64,000 nucleotides of DNA from a virus. A program made the translations under genes and the position numbers. The notes under the pieces are model-generated. The model was given only the letters and a program-made list of their open reading frames with translations. It was not told the origin of the DNA and searched no databases. The stretch lies in the IMG/VR virus record IMGVR_UViG_3300049811_000251, positions 24,360 through 88,359 of that record; one strand, written 5' to 3'. Shown one piece after another: positions 19,227 through 29,431 of the stretch (positions are counted from its first letter, which is position 1; every line of letters begins with the position of its first letter).

Positions 19227-21040
19227 CTAAAGTTGAAAGTATGAAATGTGGCTATTGGACACTCGTATCCAGGACCACAGATTATGTCAGTACAGACTTC
19301 ATAGGAACCTGTAGCACCAGACGTTTTTACAACACCCTCTTCTATGGTTAAACCACAACCAGTATTTACGTCAATCTTGCAAGCACCTTCACCTACGCCA
19401 ACCTTCAATCCATTGCCGGCCAAATCAGTGGGATTTACTGAAACTTTACCAGCCACTAAAGAAATACCACAACCAGGATTAACGTCTAACTTACAATTAG
19501 TTCCAGCAATTAACCCGTTTCCTACTAAATCCGATTGTTTTACTGCAACCTTACCTGAAGAAATTTCTAGACCACAACCGGGATCAACTTCAATACTACA
19601 TCCGGGGGACGGACCTACCTTCAACCCATTACCAGCAACTTGCTGAGGATAAAAATTTATAGCTCCTTGATTTAATAAAAGACCACAACCAGCATTTACT
19701 ACTAATCTCTCATTAACTATTGTTAAACCACTACCATAGAATACTTCTATAGAGCACGCACCGTATTTCTTTAACCCTCTTCTATATGGAGTCTTTCCAA
19801 CTAAATGCTCGTTGTTTACTGATAGTCTGTTAGGACCGGAAGAAAGCTTCAAACCACAACCTAAAGCTATGTGAGTTTGAGCTTCCAGCATTTCACCTGT
19901 AATTTTACCTAAACTTGCTTTACTAGCTCCCCAACAAGGCGAGGGGTCAGAGTCTGATCCTTCACAAGTAGGTTCGTCATACTCATCTTTTTCAGTTCTA
20001 GTAGCTGGTCCCATAGCTATAGCATGACCTATAGGAATTTCTCCTACAGGAACGCCTTCATCAATAACGTCAGGCTCACCCCCTAATTGACGAGGATACA
20101 ATACTACAGAAGAAGTAACTGACCCAGGACGCTTCATTATGTCCGTGGGAGCTACGCTAATACCGTGCAAATCTGGATGAACGTACCAAGTAGCACCTGG
20201 CTTAACATAGCAAATAGATAACCTAGAATCTGAGTCATCGCAGGAAACACTTATATCTTTTGAAACTTCACACGAGAAAGTAACTCCTGTGATGTTATTT
20301 CTAAAGTTAGCATTGGCTCTAATAGTTAAATCTTGGTGTTCAGTAGAATCAATGTTTACTACAGCTTTAGTGTCTGTTGAACTTATAATAGAACTCGTAG
20401 CTACGGTAGGATTTTTTTCTAAAGTCCACCCTGTGCCTAAGAAAGTAAGAATAGTTCTCCCAAACATATCCTTACAATTGAAGTTAATCTTCAAATAGTA
20501 CGCAACTTTGGTACAACATCCTGAAGTAGCTGGACCTGTTAATTTCAAATCAACATCAAAATCTTTACATTGACCCGAGTTTCTGCTTTCTCCTTGAGGA
20601 GGAGAATTGTTACCACTACCATCACCTTTATTTTGTCCTACTGGACACTCATACTTAAAAGACCTAGTTTCAGACTTCTCAGATATACCACCCTGTCCGT
20701 CAATAGCAAAAACTCTCCAATATACCTCCTCGTATTTACGAACTTCGGTTATTGTTTGTAAATTATACTCAGTAGCCGTCACTATCTTAGATTGTAAAGT
20801 TGGACCTTGAAAAGAAGTGTTAAGGCACCATTGAACTATGTAATTAGTAGCTCCAGCTACAGCATCCCACTTTAAGATAATGTTAGAATTACCACCTGAA
20901 GACGCATTATGCGGACATAAAACGTCTCCATCTACAGGTTCTATAAGCTGAGGAGTTTCTAGAAGAACATCGTTAAACCAATTATAATCTGAGGTCACTA
21001 CTTGAGGCGTGATTCTTTGTTGAATATACATGGAATCCAA
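19199..21040 (-). CDS. Cys-rich tail fibre/spike-like protein
   Basis: FN3-like N-terminus (LKWDAVAGATNY); about five GCGL-containing repeats of about 36 aa at the C-terminus; located downstream of tape measure. Confidence 0.55.
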   Translation of the reverse strand: MDSMYIQQRITPQVVTSDYNWFNDVLLETPQLIEPVDGDVLCPHNASSGGNSNIILKWDAVAGATNYIVQWCLNTSFQGPTLQSKIVTATEYNLQTITEVRKYEEVYWRVFAIDGQGGISEKSETRSFKYECPVGQNKGDGSGNNSPPQGESRNSGQCKDFDVDLKLTGPATSGCCTKVAYYLKINFNCKDMFGRTILTFLGTGWTLEKNPTVATSSIISSTDTKAVVNIDSTEHQDLTIRANANFRNNITGVTFSCEVSKDISVSCDDSDSRLSICYVKPGATWYVHPDLHGISVAPTDIMKRPGSVTSSVVLYPRQLGGEPDVIDEGVPVGEIPIGHAIAMGPATRTEKDEYDEPTCEGSDSDPSPCWGASKASLGKITGEMLEAQTHIALGCGLKLSSGPNRLSVNNEHLVGKTPYRRGLKKYGACSIEVFYGSGLTIVNERLVVNAGCGLLLNQGAINFYPQQVAGNGLKVGPSPGCSIEVDPGCGLEISSGKVAVKQSDLVGNGLIAGTNCKLDVNPGCGISLVAGKVSVNPTDLAGNGLKVGVGEGACKIDVNTGCGLTIEEGVVKTSGATGSYEVCTDIICGPGYECPIATFHTFNFSCGVFTGVS

Positions 21041-21050
21041 CCGATTGGAG

Positions 21051-21431
21051 TTAGCAGCTAGGATTGTACGCCGTTAAAACCTCAATAACTTGAAACATTC
21101 CGCTTAAATCAAACAATCTACTTTTAACTGAAGGGGGATCAAGTTCTGTAAAGTAAACACGCAACGACTCTCCCCAATACCCGTTAAAAATTAAAGGAGT
21201 GAGAGTTGACTCATTGTATAACTCTAAAATAGAATCATACTCAGTAGGAAAACACTTCTCACAAGTCCATTCTAAGTAACCATCTCCATGAACTATGACG
21301 GGATTACTAGACTGTACTATAACAGCAGTAGCAGTCACTAAAGTAGAAACTCGTTTTCTTCCTACGTAAGGCTTATACGAAAAATGAAGGGGCAGTGACA
21401 ATGCCCCTAAAGTAGCTACAGAGATAGCCAT
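21051..21431 (-). CDS. Putative distal tail protein
   Basis: 126-aa ORF immediately after the tape measure gene. Confidence 0.45.
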   Translation of the reverse strand: MAISVATLGALSLPLHFSYKPYVGRKRVSTLVTATAVIVQSSNPVIVHGDGYLEWTCEKCFPTEYDSILELYNESTLTPLIFNGYWGESLRVYFTELDPPSVKSRLFDLSGMFQVIEVLTAYNPSC

Positions 21432-24400
21432 TAAATACCCTCCGATGTACCCATTCCAACTTTACGCAAAGCGTTTCCTATATGCCTTGTAACTTTTTGA
21501 ACGTCTCCAGAGTTATTGACGTTAATAGTAGCAACTCTCTTATCAGTGTAAACTTTACCAGACCTGTTAGCTGGAACTTTAGCAGAGACTAATGAGGGGG
21601 CAGATGTTGCAAGCTGCTCAGACCTAAATCTAATGTTTGGAGCTTCATCGAGAAGTGCATTAGTCATTCTGTCCAAACCATGACGCACTACTTCATAATT
21701 CATGTTCCAAATATCTACTAAACTAGGACTATGGCGAGTAAAGGGATCAAGGGCGACTTTAATTGCTGCCATAGTGGCTTCTACAGCGGCGATTATAGCA
21801 GCAGACGCTGAAGACCAGTTTTCTAAAAACGCCACACTCCAATTGGTTGGAGCCGCTCCAAACGCATCTCTAATACTATTCAAAGAATTAAGAATAGTGA
21901 TAGTAATAGTTTCTACAACTGCACCTAAGTCACGCATAGGAGCAGCAGGATCACCACCTTCAAAACCTACGGGAGCAGCTAATCCGGCTTCCTCACGTCG
22001 TTTTCTAGCGATAGCCGCGGCATAGGAGTGATCTAGTGACAAGTCTCTAATGGTCTTATCTATACCAGCAGTGCTTTTGCCAGCCGCCGCAAACTTTTCT
22101 CGTCTAGCTCTTAACATCGCAAGACGATCTTCAAGTTCAAGTGCCCTAGTAGCTGCGTCAATAGCCCTAGTTTCCTGAAATTCTCTAACCTTAGCCATAG
22201 CGGCGTACAGCATAAACATATGCTGTACTGTTTTAGCTTGTTTAGCCAAACTATTGAAAATATCCTCCTCTAACTCTAATTCATGCTCTCTAGTTTTACT
22301 CTTATCAACAGGATCAGCAACCTTTTCTTCTTCCTTAGCCTTAGCTTCCTTAAGTCTAGCCTCAGCCGCCGCTGCATCAGCAGCCTCAGCCTTAGCACGC
22401 TCTGCTTTTATTTTTTCATCGTGTACACCATCTAACGCAAACAAATCATCATAAAGCTTCTTCTTTTCTTCCAGTATTTTCTCATTTTCTAATTTAGCAG
22501 CCTCAACGTATTTATCACTACGTTTTAACTCCTCAATCTCCAAGTCTCTAATATAATCTTTCCTCTTATCAGCAGCCTTAGTCATAGCAGCATCAATATC
22601 CTCATCTGCTACGTCGTGAGTCTCCTCTAACAAAGCATTATACTTTCTATACTCTTCGTTAAGCTCAGCTAATCGCTCCTTGTACCTTTTAATGTTTTCA
22701 GTCTTTTCCTCACTATCCGCACGCTTTTCTTCCGCAGCTAATCTAAATTGAATAAACTCTTTTTCCTTTTCAATTAGTGACTGAACTTCTAATATAGTCT
22801 TAGCTCTTTCTTCTCTAAGTTTTTCAATAGCGTGAATTTCTTTATCTAAACTACTAAGCCTACGAACATGAAATTCCTCTTCTAACTCAGCAGTGGTTTT
22901 TTCTAAGTCCTTACGAGCCTCTATAACCTCACTTAAATTACGTTCAGCCTCTAAACGTCTCTCGGTAGCCTCGGCAGTAGCGTCGTCAGCATTTTCTATA
23001 TCTACGTCAGGATTAGTAGCGTTAATCTCTGAGTATAATTGATACTTACGCTCTAATTCTTTGTTTTCCTCTTGAAGCAGTGATATTCTGTCTATAAGCT
23101 TTTGTCGTTCTTCCCCCTCTGCTCCAGCAATTTGGTGACGTAATTCCTTAATTTCTGCTAAATTAGCTGCCTGCTTATCTAAAAACTCGGCAGCCTTGTC
23201 GGCTCTAGTATTGGCATCCATGCCAAACGCTTCTTTAATAGTCTCATATCTCTCAAGCTGCTGGTTTAACTGTGCTTTGGTTTTTTCTAAGTCCTCTATA
23301 AGCTTTTCTAATTGACGTGCTTGATACTCTTCTCCGGCCTCCATAGCCGCAGCCTTCATTTTCGCAAGATCAGCTATTTCTTTAGCCACTGCTTCTAATT
23401 GAAATCTTATTTTATCACGTTGATCGTCTAAAGTTTCTGATCCAAATAAACTAGCAAGTTCTTCCAACTCAACGACACCCAAAGTTGCCTGATTTTCTAA
23501 CATACCGAAAATTTTACCTACAGACGCAATAACCTCATCAGCAGCACCTCTAATTCTCGAAGAAGCCTCAGCTAACCTTAAGTACTTAGCATGAAAATCT
23601 TCTACAGCTTTAGTAGCTTCCTCAGCTTCTCGTTTAATTGAAGCAAAGAAAGATTCAGTACCTCGAATCTTAGCCTGTAGTGCATCTATTCCAGCAACTA
23701 ATAATGTAATAATCCCAAGAACTGCAATTAAACCCACGTTAGCTGCTACGGCTAATATAGCTATAGCAGCTAACGCAGCCGCAAAAGCAACCAATGCTGC
23801 TACGCAAACTACACCTACAATGTATCCAAAAGTAGTAAAAGCATTGTTACTTTCTTCAGCGTTTACTGCTGCGTCCCTAAAAGCATTTATAGCCCAAATT
23901 ATAACTTCACCAGTCTGCGAAATAACAGCCGCTAACACTGCCCACGAATCAGTAAACCCTGCTAAAAATCCAGTGCCAAAGGCACCTAATAAGGAGATTA
24001 AATCATTCCAAGCGGTTTGCAGAGTATTAACTACTCTCTCATTAGCAACTAAAATAGAAGTAAGACCCGCTATACCTGCTATAATTCCTGTTATAATTCC
24101 TCCAGCAGCTAAAATAACCGTTCCAAACTGACTAAATAACGTAATAGCACCACCTATAAGAGCAACAAACGATCCTATAACTACTAAAGCCGCACCACCC
24201 CCTACTAAAATAGCAGCTAGTGCAGCAGCGGTTTCAAATATGCCGGAAATCCAATCTTTGTGAACTTTAATCCACTCTGTAACTATATTTATAGCTTCAA
24301 TACCCCACTGCACCCATTCTCTTAAACTACCTACGATAGCGTCATAAATAGCTATACTAAGAGTTTCAAACGCCGCCCTTAACCTTAATAAATCTCCTAT

Positions 24401-25414
24401 CAAAGAATCCATGCGAATTTCCGCCATGTGCTTAGCAGCACCGGCGGCTTCGTGATTCATCTTATTTAAGGCATCAAACGCAGCTACACCCTGATTTTTC
24501 AGACCTAGAACCATACGAGCGGCTCTAGCTCCAAAAAGCTCCATAGCATCGCCAGCCGAGAGATTTATTCTCTCAAACTCGGCAATAATGTCTCTGAGAG
24601 AGTTAAACTCTGGGTTAATCTTATCAAAAGTTGTACCATAAGATTCGAGAATATCATGGAACTTCTTCCCATTAGCAGCAGCCTTACCTAACATCTGAGA
24701 AAGACCGGCACCAGCTACCGAATTTTGAAGACCAATGTTACCTAAAATACCTAAAGCAGTAGCAACTTGTTCAATAGACTGGCCTAACGTAGAGGCCATA
24801 GACGTGACATAAGATAAAGACTCACCTAAACCATCAACAGTAGTGTTAGTTCCTGTAGCGGTAACAGCTAAAACGTCAGAAACTCTGGCCATATCTACTG
24901 CGGCTATGTTAAAAGCACGCAGCGTATTGACAGCTATTTCCGAAGCTCTACTTAAATCTATGGCACCAGCGGCAGCGAGAGATAAAGTGCCTTCAATAGC
25001 TTGAAGAGATTCGTTAGCATCAAGACCCGCCAACCCTAATTCTTCAATACCTTCAGCAACTTGAGTGGCGGTAAACTGAGTAGTGGCACCTAAATCCAAC
25101 GCGGCTTGGCGAATATCGTTAAAACCTTGAGCAGCCTTAGAACTGCCGTCCTGTAACTCACCCATGACGGCCTTAACGGCCTGCATCTGGTGTTCAAACT
25201 TTGAGCCAGTAATGATAACAGGGGCTAAAGCACCTACGATGCTTGCCCCTGCACGAATAGCATTGTGTCCAACCGTTTGGAGTTGTGTCCCTATAGATTT
25301 AACTTGGGAACCAAACTGCTGAACTTGTTTTGCACCTGCAAGCAAAGAAGATTGTAGCCCGGCAGTTTGGGCTACAATCTTCAGAACTACAGGGCCTAAT
25401 GTTGCATTAGCCAC
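21431..25414 (-). CDS. Tail tape measure protein (TP901-type)
   Basis: 1327 aa; DLGATTQFTATQVAEG, LAAAG, DVLA..A...NT motifs; Ala-rich helical and hydrophobic segments. Confidence 0.95.
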   Translation of the reverse strand: MANATLGPVVLKIVAQTAGLQSSLLAGAKQVQQFGSQVKSIGTQLQTVGHNAIRAGASIVGALAPVIITGSKFEHQMQAVKAVMGELQDGSSKAAQGFNDIRQAALDLGATTQFTATQVAEGIEELGLAGLDANESLQAIEGTLSLAAAGAIDLSRASEIAVNTLRAFNIAAVDMARVSDVLAVTATGTNTTVDGLGESLSYVTSMASTLGQSIEQVATALGILGNIGLQNSVAGAGLSQMLGKAAANGKKFHDILESYGTTFDKINPEFNSLRDIIAEFERINLSAGDAMELFGARAARMVLGLKNQGVAAFDALNKMNHEAAGAAKHMAEIRMDSLIGDLLRLRAAFETLSIAIYDAIVGSLREWVQWGIEAINIVTEWIKVHKDWISGIFETAAALAAILVGGGAALVVIGSFVALIGGAITLFSQFGTVILAAGGIITGIIAGIAGLTSILVANERVVNTLQTAWNDLISLLGAFGTGFLAGFTDSWAVLAAVISQTGEVIIWAINAFRDAAVNAEESNNAFTTFGYIVGVVCVAALVAFAAALAAIAILAVAANVGLIAVLGIITLLVAGIDALQAKIRGTESFFASIKREAEEATKAVEDFHAKYLRLAEASSRIRGAADEVIASVGKIFGMLENQATLGVVELEELASLFGSETLDDQRDKIRFQLEAVAKEIADLAKMKAAAMEAGEEYQARQLEKLIEDLEKTKAQLNQQLERYETIKEAFGMDANTRADKAAEFLDKQAANLAEIKELRHQIAGAEGEERQKLIDRISLLQEENKELERKYQLYSEINATNPDVDIENADDATAEATERRLEAERNLSEVIEARKDLEKTTAELEEEFHVRRLSSLDKEIHAIEKLREERAKTILEVQSLIEKEKEFIQFRLAAEEKRADSEEKTENIKRYKERLAELNEEYRKYNALLEETHDVADEDIDAAMTKAADKRKDYIRDLEIEELKRSDKYVEAAKLENEKILEEKKKLYDDLFALDGVHDEKIKAERAKAEAADAAAAEARLKEAKAKEEEKVADPVDKSKTREHELELEEDIFNSLAKQAKTVQHMFMLYAAMAKVREFQETRAIDAATRALELEDRLAMLRARREKFAAAGKSTAGIDKTIRDLSLDHSYAAAIARKRREEAGLAAPVGFEGGDPAAPMRDLGAVVETITITILNSLNSIRDAFGAAPTNWSVAFLENWSSASAAIIAAVEATMAAIKVALDPFTRHSPSLVDIWNMNYEVVRHGLDRMTNALLDEAPNIRFRSEQLATSAPSLVSAKVPANRSGKVYTDKRVATINVNNSGDVQKVTRHIGNALRKVGMGTSEGI

Positions 25415-25424
25415 ATCTGCCCTT

Positions 25425-25774
25425 TCACTCTAATCCATCTATCACTAGAAGACCTTCTAGTGACGCAGAACCACTCTGGTTGATTTCCGAGTTTGTCAAG
25501 TTCAACCTAGAGTTTTTCCACTTGCTGTATTCACTTTCCTTGGCGTGCTGAGCAAATCTAACTGCATCCGCAATAGATACTTGCTCGAACCCCTGCCTAT
25601 CTACTCTAGAAGAACTTAGAGTCTTTAGTTGGTAAAACGTTCTGGAAAAAGAGTACTCCAGAGTCCAACCATAAGACGCAGAGGTTTCTTCTATCAGCTT
25701 ACTAATTCGTCCTCGGAAACTCGATCTGTCGTCTCCCTCTGAAAGAGCTGATGCAGACCGAGCTGGGTAAAAAG
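25425..25774 (-). CDS. -1 frameshift extension of the tail assembly chaperone (G/GT-type)
   Basis: The -1 frame opens right after a TAA at GAG CTT TTT ACC (25769-25774) and stays open (...RISKLIEETSASYGWTLEYSF...GLE*) to TGA at 25425, just before the TMP start. Confidence 0.75.
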
Positions 25775-26161
25775 CTCCTTAAGCTCCTCCCAATCTACTA
25801 CAGACTTGAAGGCAGTAGCCCACCTAAACCAGTCCGTTAAAGACAAGTCGTCGAATTCTTCTAACTTACGATTAGTAGAAAACGACGCTACAGTCTTCAG
25901 ACAATGAAGTAATCGCTTGTCTGAAATCATAGTTACAATTACTGAAAGCCCTCTTGAAGAAAGCTTACCGCTATCCTCTTCATTAGAGGCACCCGTTATC
26001 TCTGTCAATAACGGAGAAGCTAGCAAATCGCTTAATTCTGAGAAGGCTTTAATAACCTGCTCAAGAGAGAGCTCTTTAACAGTTACTTCTTCATCAAACT
26101 TTTTAAGTTTGATGATTACCCCAGAATTTACTAACCGTCTTACTTCTGTTTCAGCGTCCAC
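25694..26161 (-). CDS. Tail assembly chaperone
   Basis: Position between tail tube and tape measure genes; overlapping -1 frame. Confidence 0.8.
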   Translation of the reverse strand: MDAETEVRRLVNSGVIIKLKKFDEEVTVKELSLEQVIKAFSELSDLLASPLLTEITGASNEEDSGKLSSRGLSVIVTMISDKRLLHCLKTVASFSTNRKLEEFDDLSLTDWFRWATAFKSVVDWEELKELFTQLGLHQLFQRETTDRVSEDELVS

Positions 26162-26415
26162 TATCGTTTCCTTTTAACTGTATAGAGTCTATCTCGAAGG
26201 TTGCTTTGACGCAACACAAAAAGCTGCGGCTCAACTACAGTTTGTTGATTAGAGTATTTGTAGAGAAGGTCTTTAAGAGCCTCATCTGACATTTCAACTC
26301 TAAATCGAAAACTGTAAGTGTCAGTATTGTCAATCTGGAGTATATCATCCAGAGTAACTCCTGACTGACACCAGATAAAAGCCGCTTCATTCAAATCTCT
26401 TGTTTGGTAGTGCAT
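26161..26415 (-). CDS. Small hypothetical protein (DUF5659-like)
   Basis: YQTRDLNEAAF N-terminus resembles DUF5659-type proteins. Confidence 0.5.
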   Translation of the reverse strand: MHYQTRDLNEAAFIWCQSGVTLDDILQIDNTDTYSFRFRVEMSDEALKDLLYKYSNQQTVVEPQLFVLRQSNLRDRLYTVKRKR

Positions 26416-26438
26416 CTATCTATCTTTCAGAACAGTGG

Positions 26439-26855
26439 TTACACTACATCAGCGAACGGGCGAGTGACCGTAATCGCTGTAGTAGTGAGACTCGTTGTTG
26501 TGATAGCCGGAGTCTCAGCATACTTGCTAGAGAACTTGAAGGTGAAGTTATTGAAACCTTCACCAGCCGGTCTAGAGGTATCACTACCACCGAGGGTATC
26601 GTTAGCACCGTTGCCAACTTTAACCCCGTTGGTAACAAGCTGAGCTGCGTTAGTAGCCAGCCACGAGTCAATAGCTGCCCCGAGAACAGCACGGATCATC
26701 TTCGTCGATGTGAGAAGATTTGCCGTGTCTGTGATAGTGAACCGCATCTTGCCCGACTGGACAGAAGGGGTCACTACGAACGAATACACTGATCCCGGAA
26801 GATCAGCGATATTGTGGCCTACACCAGCCGTCGGCTCTGCGAATGCCATAGCCAA
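26439..26855 (-). CDS. Probable virion protein (GC-rich, Thr/Ala-rich)
   Basis: Own AAGGAG RBS, high-expression codon bias, directly downstream of the tail tube gene. Confidence 0.5.
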   Translation of the reverse strand: MAMAFAEPTAGVGHNIADLPGSVYSFVVTPSVQSGKMRFTITDTANLLTSTKMIRAVLGAAIDSWLATNAAQLVTNGVKVGNGANDTLGGSDTSRPAGEGFNNFTFKFSSKYAETPAITTTSLTTTAITVTRPFADVV

Positions 26856-26910
26856 ACTCCTTTTCTAGAAAGTCCAACCGATTGGAACCCGATCCCCGTG
26901 AACCCTAGTC

Positions 26911-27393
26911 TCAGCTATCAACCACAGTGCCGAAGTGCCCATTCGAGTCCTTGAGGCACTCGAATTCGACTTCAAACGCTGTCTCAGCGTCTCTAGTCAT
27001 CATGTATTCACGTTCTCCAAAAGTTACGCACTTGGAGAACGTGAACGTTCTAGTTCCACAGCTAGGACTGCTGCCAACTAAAACGATCACAACTTCATCC
27101 ACCCAACAGGAGTTATTGTAACCCAGGGTGAGAGTGTTGCCTACTAAGCTAGCTGCGGGAAGCATGAAAGCCTTCCGCAAGTTAGAAAGGGTCATTTCTA
27201 ACATCGTAGTCTTAACGTACATACGTTCCAGACTACGAGCCTTTCTTACGACACCAACAGCCTGATCGGCAATAATGTCGATCTGCTCTTGTTCGTATCT
27301 AACGCTGGTTCCGCCTTTAGTGAACCCTAAGTCCGTTCCATCTACCGTGATGGAGGCTGCACCGATAATGATGTTGTTGGAATTCGCTGCCAT
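26911..27393 (-). CDS. Major tail (tube) protein
   Basis: IIIGAASITVDGTDLGFTKGG...FEVEFECL siphoviral tube pattern; GC-rich codons; position. Confidence 0.8.
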   Translation of the reverse strand: MAANSNNIIIGAASITVDGTDLGFTKGGTSVRYEQEQIDIIADQAVGVVRKARSLERMYVKTTMLEMTLSNLRKAFMLPAASLVGNTLTLGYNNSCWVDEVVIVLVGSSPSCGTRTFTFSKCVTFGEREYMMTRDAETAFEVEFECLKDSNGHFGTVVDS

Positions 27394-27403
27394 GTATTGT
27401 TTC

Positions 27404-27865
27404 CTACACCTTAGAACTCCAGACTACAGAAGCCTGGATAAGCAAATTCCATACATCTCTTTCATCGTTATAGTCTTTTGGTTCTCTTCCTAAAAATCTA
27501 GTAGAATAATTGCAAATCTTAGAATCACTAAAATCTAGAAACCCTCTATTTGATGTACCACTTTTTTCAGCACTCTCTAGCATAACCTGTATTCTATCAG
27601 ATAATTTGATACTTGTCAAGTCATCTTTTGAATAACTTGTAAAAAATACTAAACTTGAATAAATAACGCCTGGACCATCCTCAATAGCTCTGGAGGTATC
27701 TGCTATCCAAATGCCTAAAAATGGCAAAGATGGTAGCTGCTTAGGTCTAAACCTAGCTATTCTTATATTTGAACCTGTATGACCAGTCAACGCAACTAAA
27801 CTACCTGATCCAGTGTCAGCCTGGAGTTTAGTCACTATGGCGGAATATAAGTTTTCTTCTCTCAT
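27404..27865 (-). CDS. Tail terminator-like protein
   Basis: LYSAIVTKLQAD...LPFL pattern; immediately upstream of the tube gene. Confidence 0.65.
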   Translation of the reverse strand: MREENLYSAIVTKLQADTGSGSLVALTGHTGSNIRIARFRPKQLPSLPFLGIWIADTSRAIEDGPGVIYSSLVFFTSYSKDDLTSIKLSDRIQVMLESAEKSGTSNRGFLDFSDSKICNYSTRFLGREPKDYNDERDVWNLLIQASVVWSSKV

Positions 27866-28365
27866 ATAAACAAAGGAGGAATCTTAGAGTTGAGAATCTT
27901 AACGTATTCTTGAAAAAACAAGTGTTTTCCAGCCGCCCATGCAGGTCTTAAATACGGAACAGCAGAAGTTCCGTACTTTTCTATTTTTGCCATAACTGCG
28001 TCTGTAATTCTTTCGGCATCCTGTCCATGAGCTTGAAATCTGTATCTTACCCACTTCAAAAGCTTCCATCTAACAGGTTTATGAGGTCTTGATCCAAACT
28101 CTCTATCCCCCGCATAAGGTACATTATGAGAACCAACTGTAATAAAAGGAATACTTCCATAAACACCAGTCTTAACCTTAATACTTTTTAAGAGTCTCTT
28201 AGTAAATATAATATCTTGACTGGTTATCTCGTTTACTATTATAGGAACTAAAATCTTCTCAGCAGCCTCTTTCAAAGCGTCAGCAGCAATTTGAGGAAAA
28301 AATCTCTCAAATTTTTGCATACGACTCGTAACACCAGGAATACCCGTAACTGTAATAGTAATCAC
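27862..28365 (-). CDS. HK97 gp10-like neck protein
   Basis: TKRLLKSI, PYAGDREFGSRPH, PYLRPAW. Confidence 0.75.
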   Translation of the reverse strand: MITITVTGIPGVTSRMQKFERFFPQIAADALKEAAEKILVPIIVNEITSQDIIFTKRLLKSIKVKTGVYGSIPFITVGSHNVPYAGDREFGSRPHKPVRWKLLKWVRYRFQAHGQDAERITDAVMAKIEKYGTSAVPYLRPAWAAGKHLFFQEYVKILNSKIPPLFI

Positions 28366-28772
28366 GAAGTTTCATTCTCCACTATAACAGAAGTATGATG
28401 ATTTCTACCGTAATGATCTATAAACTGATTAACCCATAAAATTCTATGACGAGCAACTTTACCCGGAGCAACTCCATCTAAATTATGAGCAACTCCCCAA
28501 GGTATAGTAACTATATCGTGAACTTTAACATTGGCGAGAAAAGGAAAAATTATTCGTCTATACTCAGGACCATCGAACCCATGATGTTCTTGTTGAACTT
28601 TATCAGTTTCATCCTTAACCGGACAAACTCTGCATGGAATATTGGAATATAAAGTTGTCTCAGAAGTTTCTGAAACACCTCCAGCAGAATCTAATGAGAT
28701 GACTGGCCTCACGATTGAAGCTTTATGAGCTAACCCGAATAAAAGAATGGGTGATCTCATTAGTCCATTCAA
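28362..28772 (-). CDS. Head closure/stopper protein
   Basis: Size, position, IPCRV...HRILWV pattern. Confidence 0.55.
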   Translation of the reverse strand: MNGLMRSPILLFGLAHKASIVRPVISLDSAGGVSETSETTLYSNIPCRVCPVKDETDKVQQEHHGFDGPEYRRIIFPFLANVKVHDIVTIPWGVAHNLDGVAPGKVARHRILWVNQFIDHYGRNHHTSVIVENETS

Positions 28773-29431
28773 TTGGAGTCAGGGACCACTCTGAACATAT
28801 CTACTACGTTTACATAAGGATTGAGTAATCTATCTACTTCATTAAATCCTGTAGAATACTCATCCTTAGAACCACCGTGAAACGTGACACTAAAATCAGG
28901 CCACGCAGCTTGCTTAACGTCTGAATGAGCCATTCTAGTAGATTCGGGCATTAAATCCTCTAGAGTTAAAAGTAAAGCGGCTTTCTTAATATCATATGGA
29001 GTAGGAACCTTTCCAAATACACCTACTATTTTATGACTTAAGTGACCCCTACCCCAAGTGCTTCCCATTAAAAGGCGTGTTCTAGCAACCTCCGTGTGCA
29101 TCTTGGCATAGTGAGGATACAAAGCGTAATCTACGTTTTCTACGAAGTTGTAAATTATCGTAGTCTTGTCAATATCAACTAACTGTAAGGACGTGATAGT
29201 TTTTACTGGAGCCAGTATCTTGGGAAAAAAGAACAAAGTAGTACCATCTACTCCGTCTAAAAACTCAGTAACAGTTTTTTCATAAAACCAAGTTCTACAA
29301 TAAGCTTCAATTTTCTCTTCTGCGGCGTTAAGGCGTTCTTGAATTTCCGCATCAGAATAACTAGTTAAATCTACAGTCATTCCTGCTATTTTATAGTCCT
29401 TAACGTTAGCTACTGTTGCATAGTTAGACAT
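28769..29431 (-). CDS. Head-tail connector (gp15/gp6-like)
   Basis: YATVANVK, AEEKIEAYC, PYDIKKAALLL. Confidence 0.7.
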   Translation of the reverse strand: MSNYATVANVKDYKIAGMTVDLTSYSDAEIQERLNAAEEKIEAYCRTWFYEKTVTEFLDGVDGTTLFFFPKILAPVKTITSLQLVDIDKTTIIYNFVENVDYALYPHYAKMHTEVARTRLLMGSTWGRGHLSHKIVGVFGKVPTPYDIKKAALLLTLEDLMPESTRMAHSDVKQAAWPDFSVTFHGGSKDEYSTGFNEVDRLLNPYVNVVDMFRVVPDSN

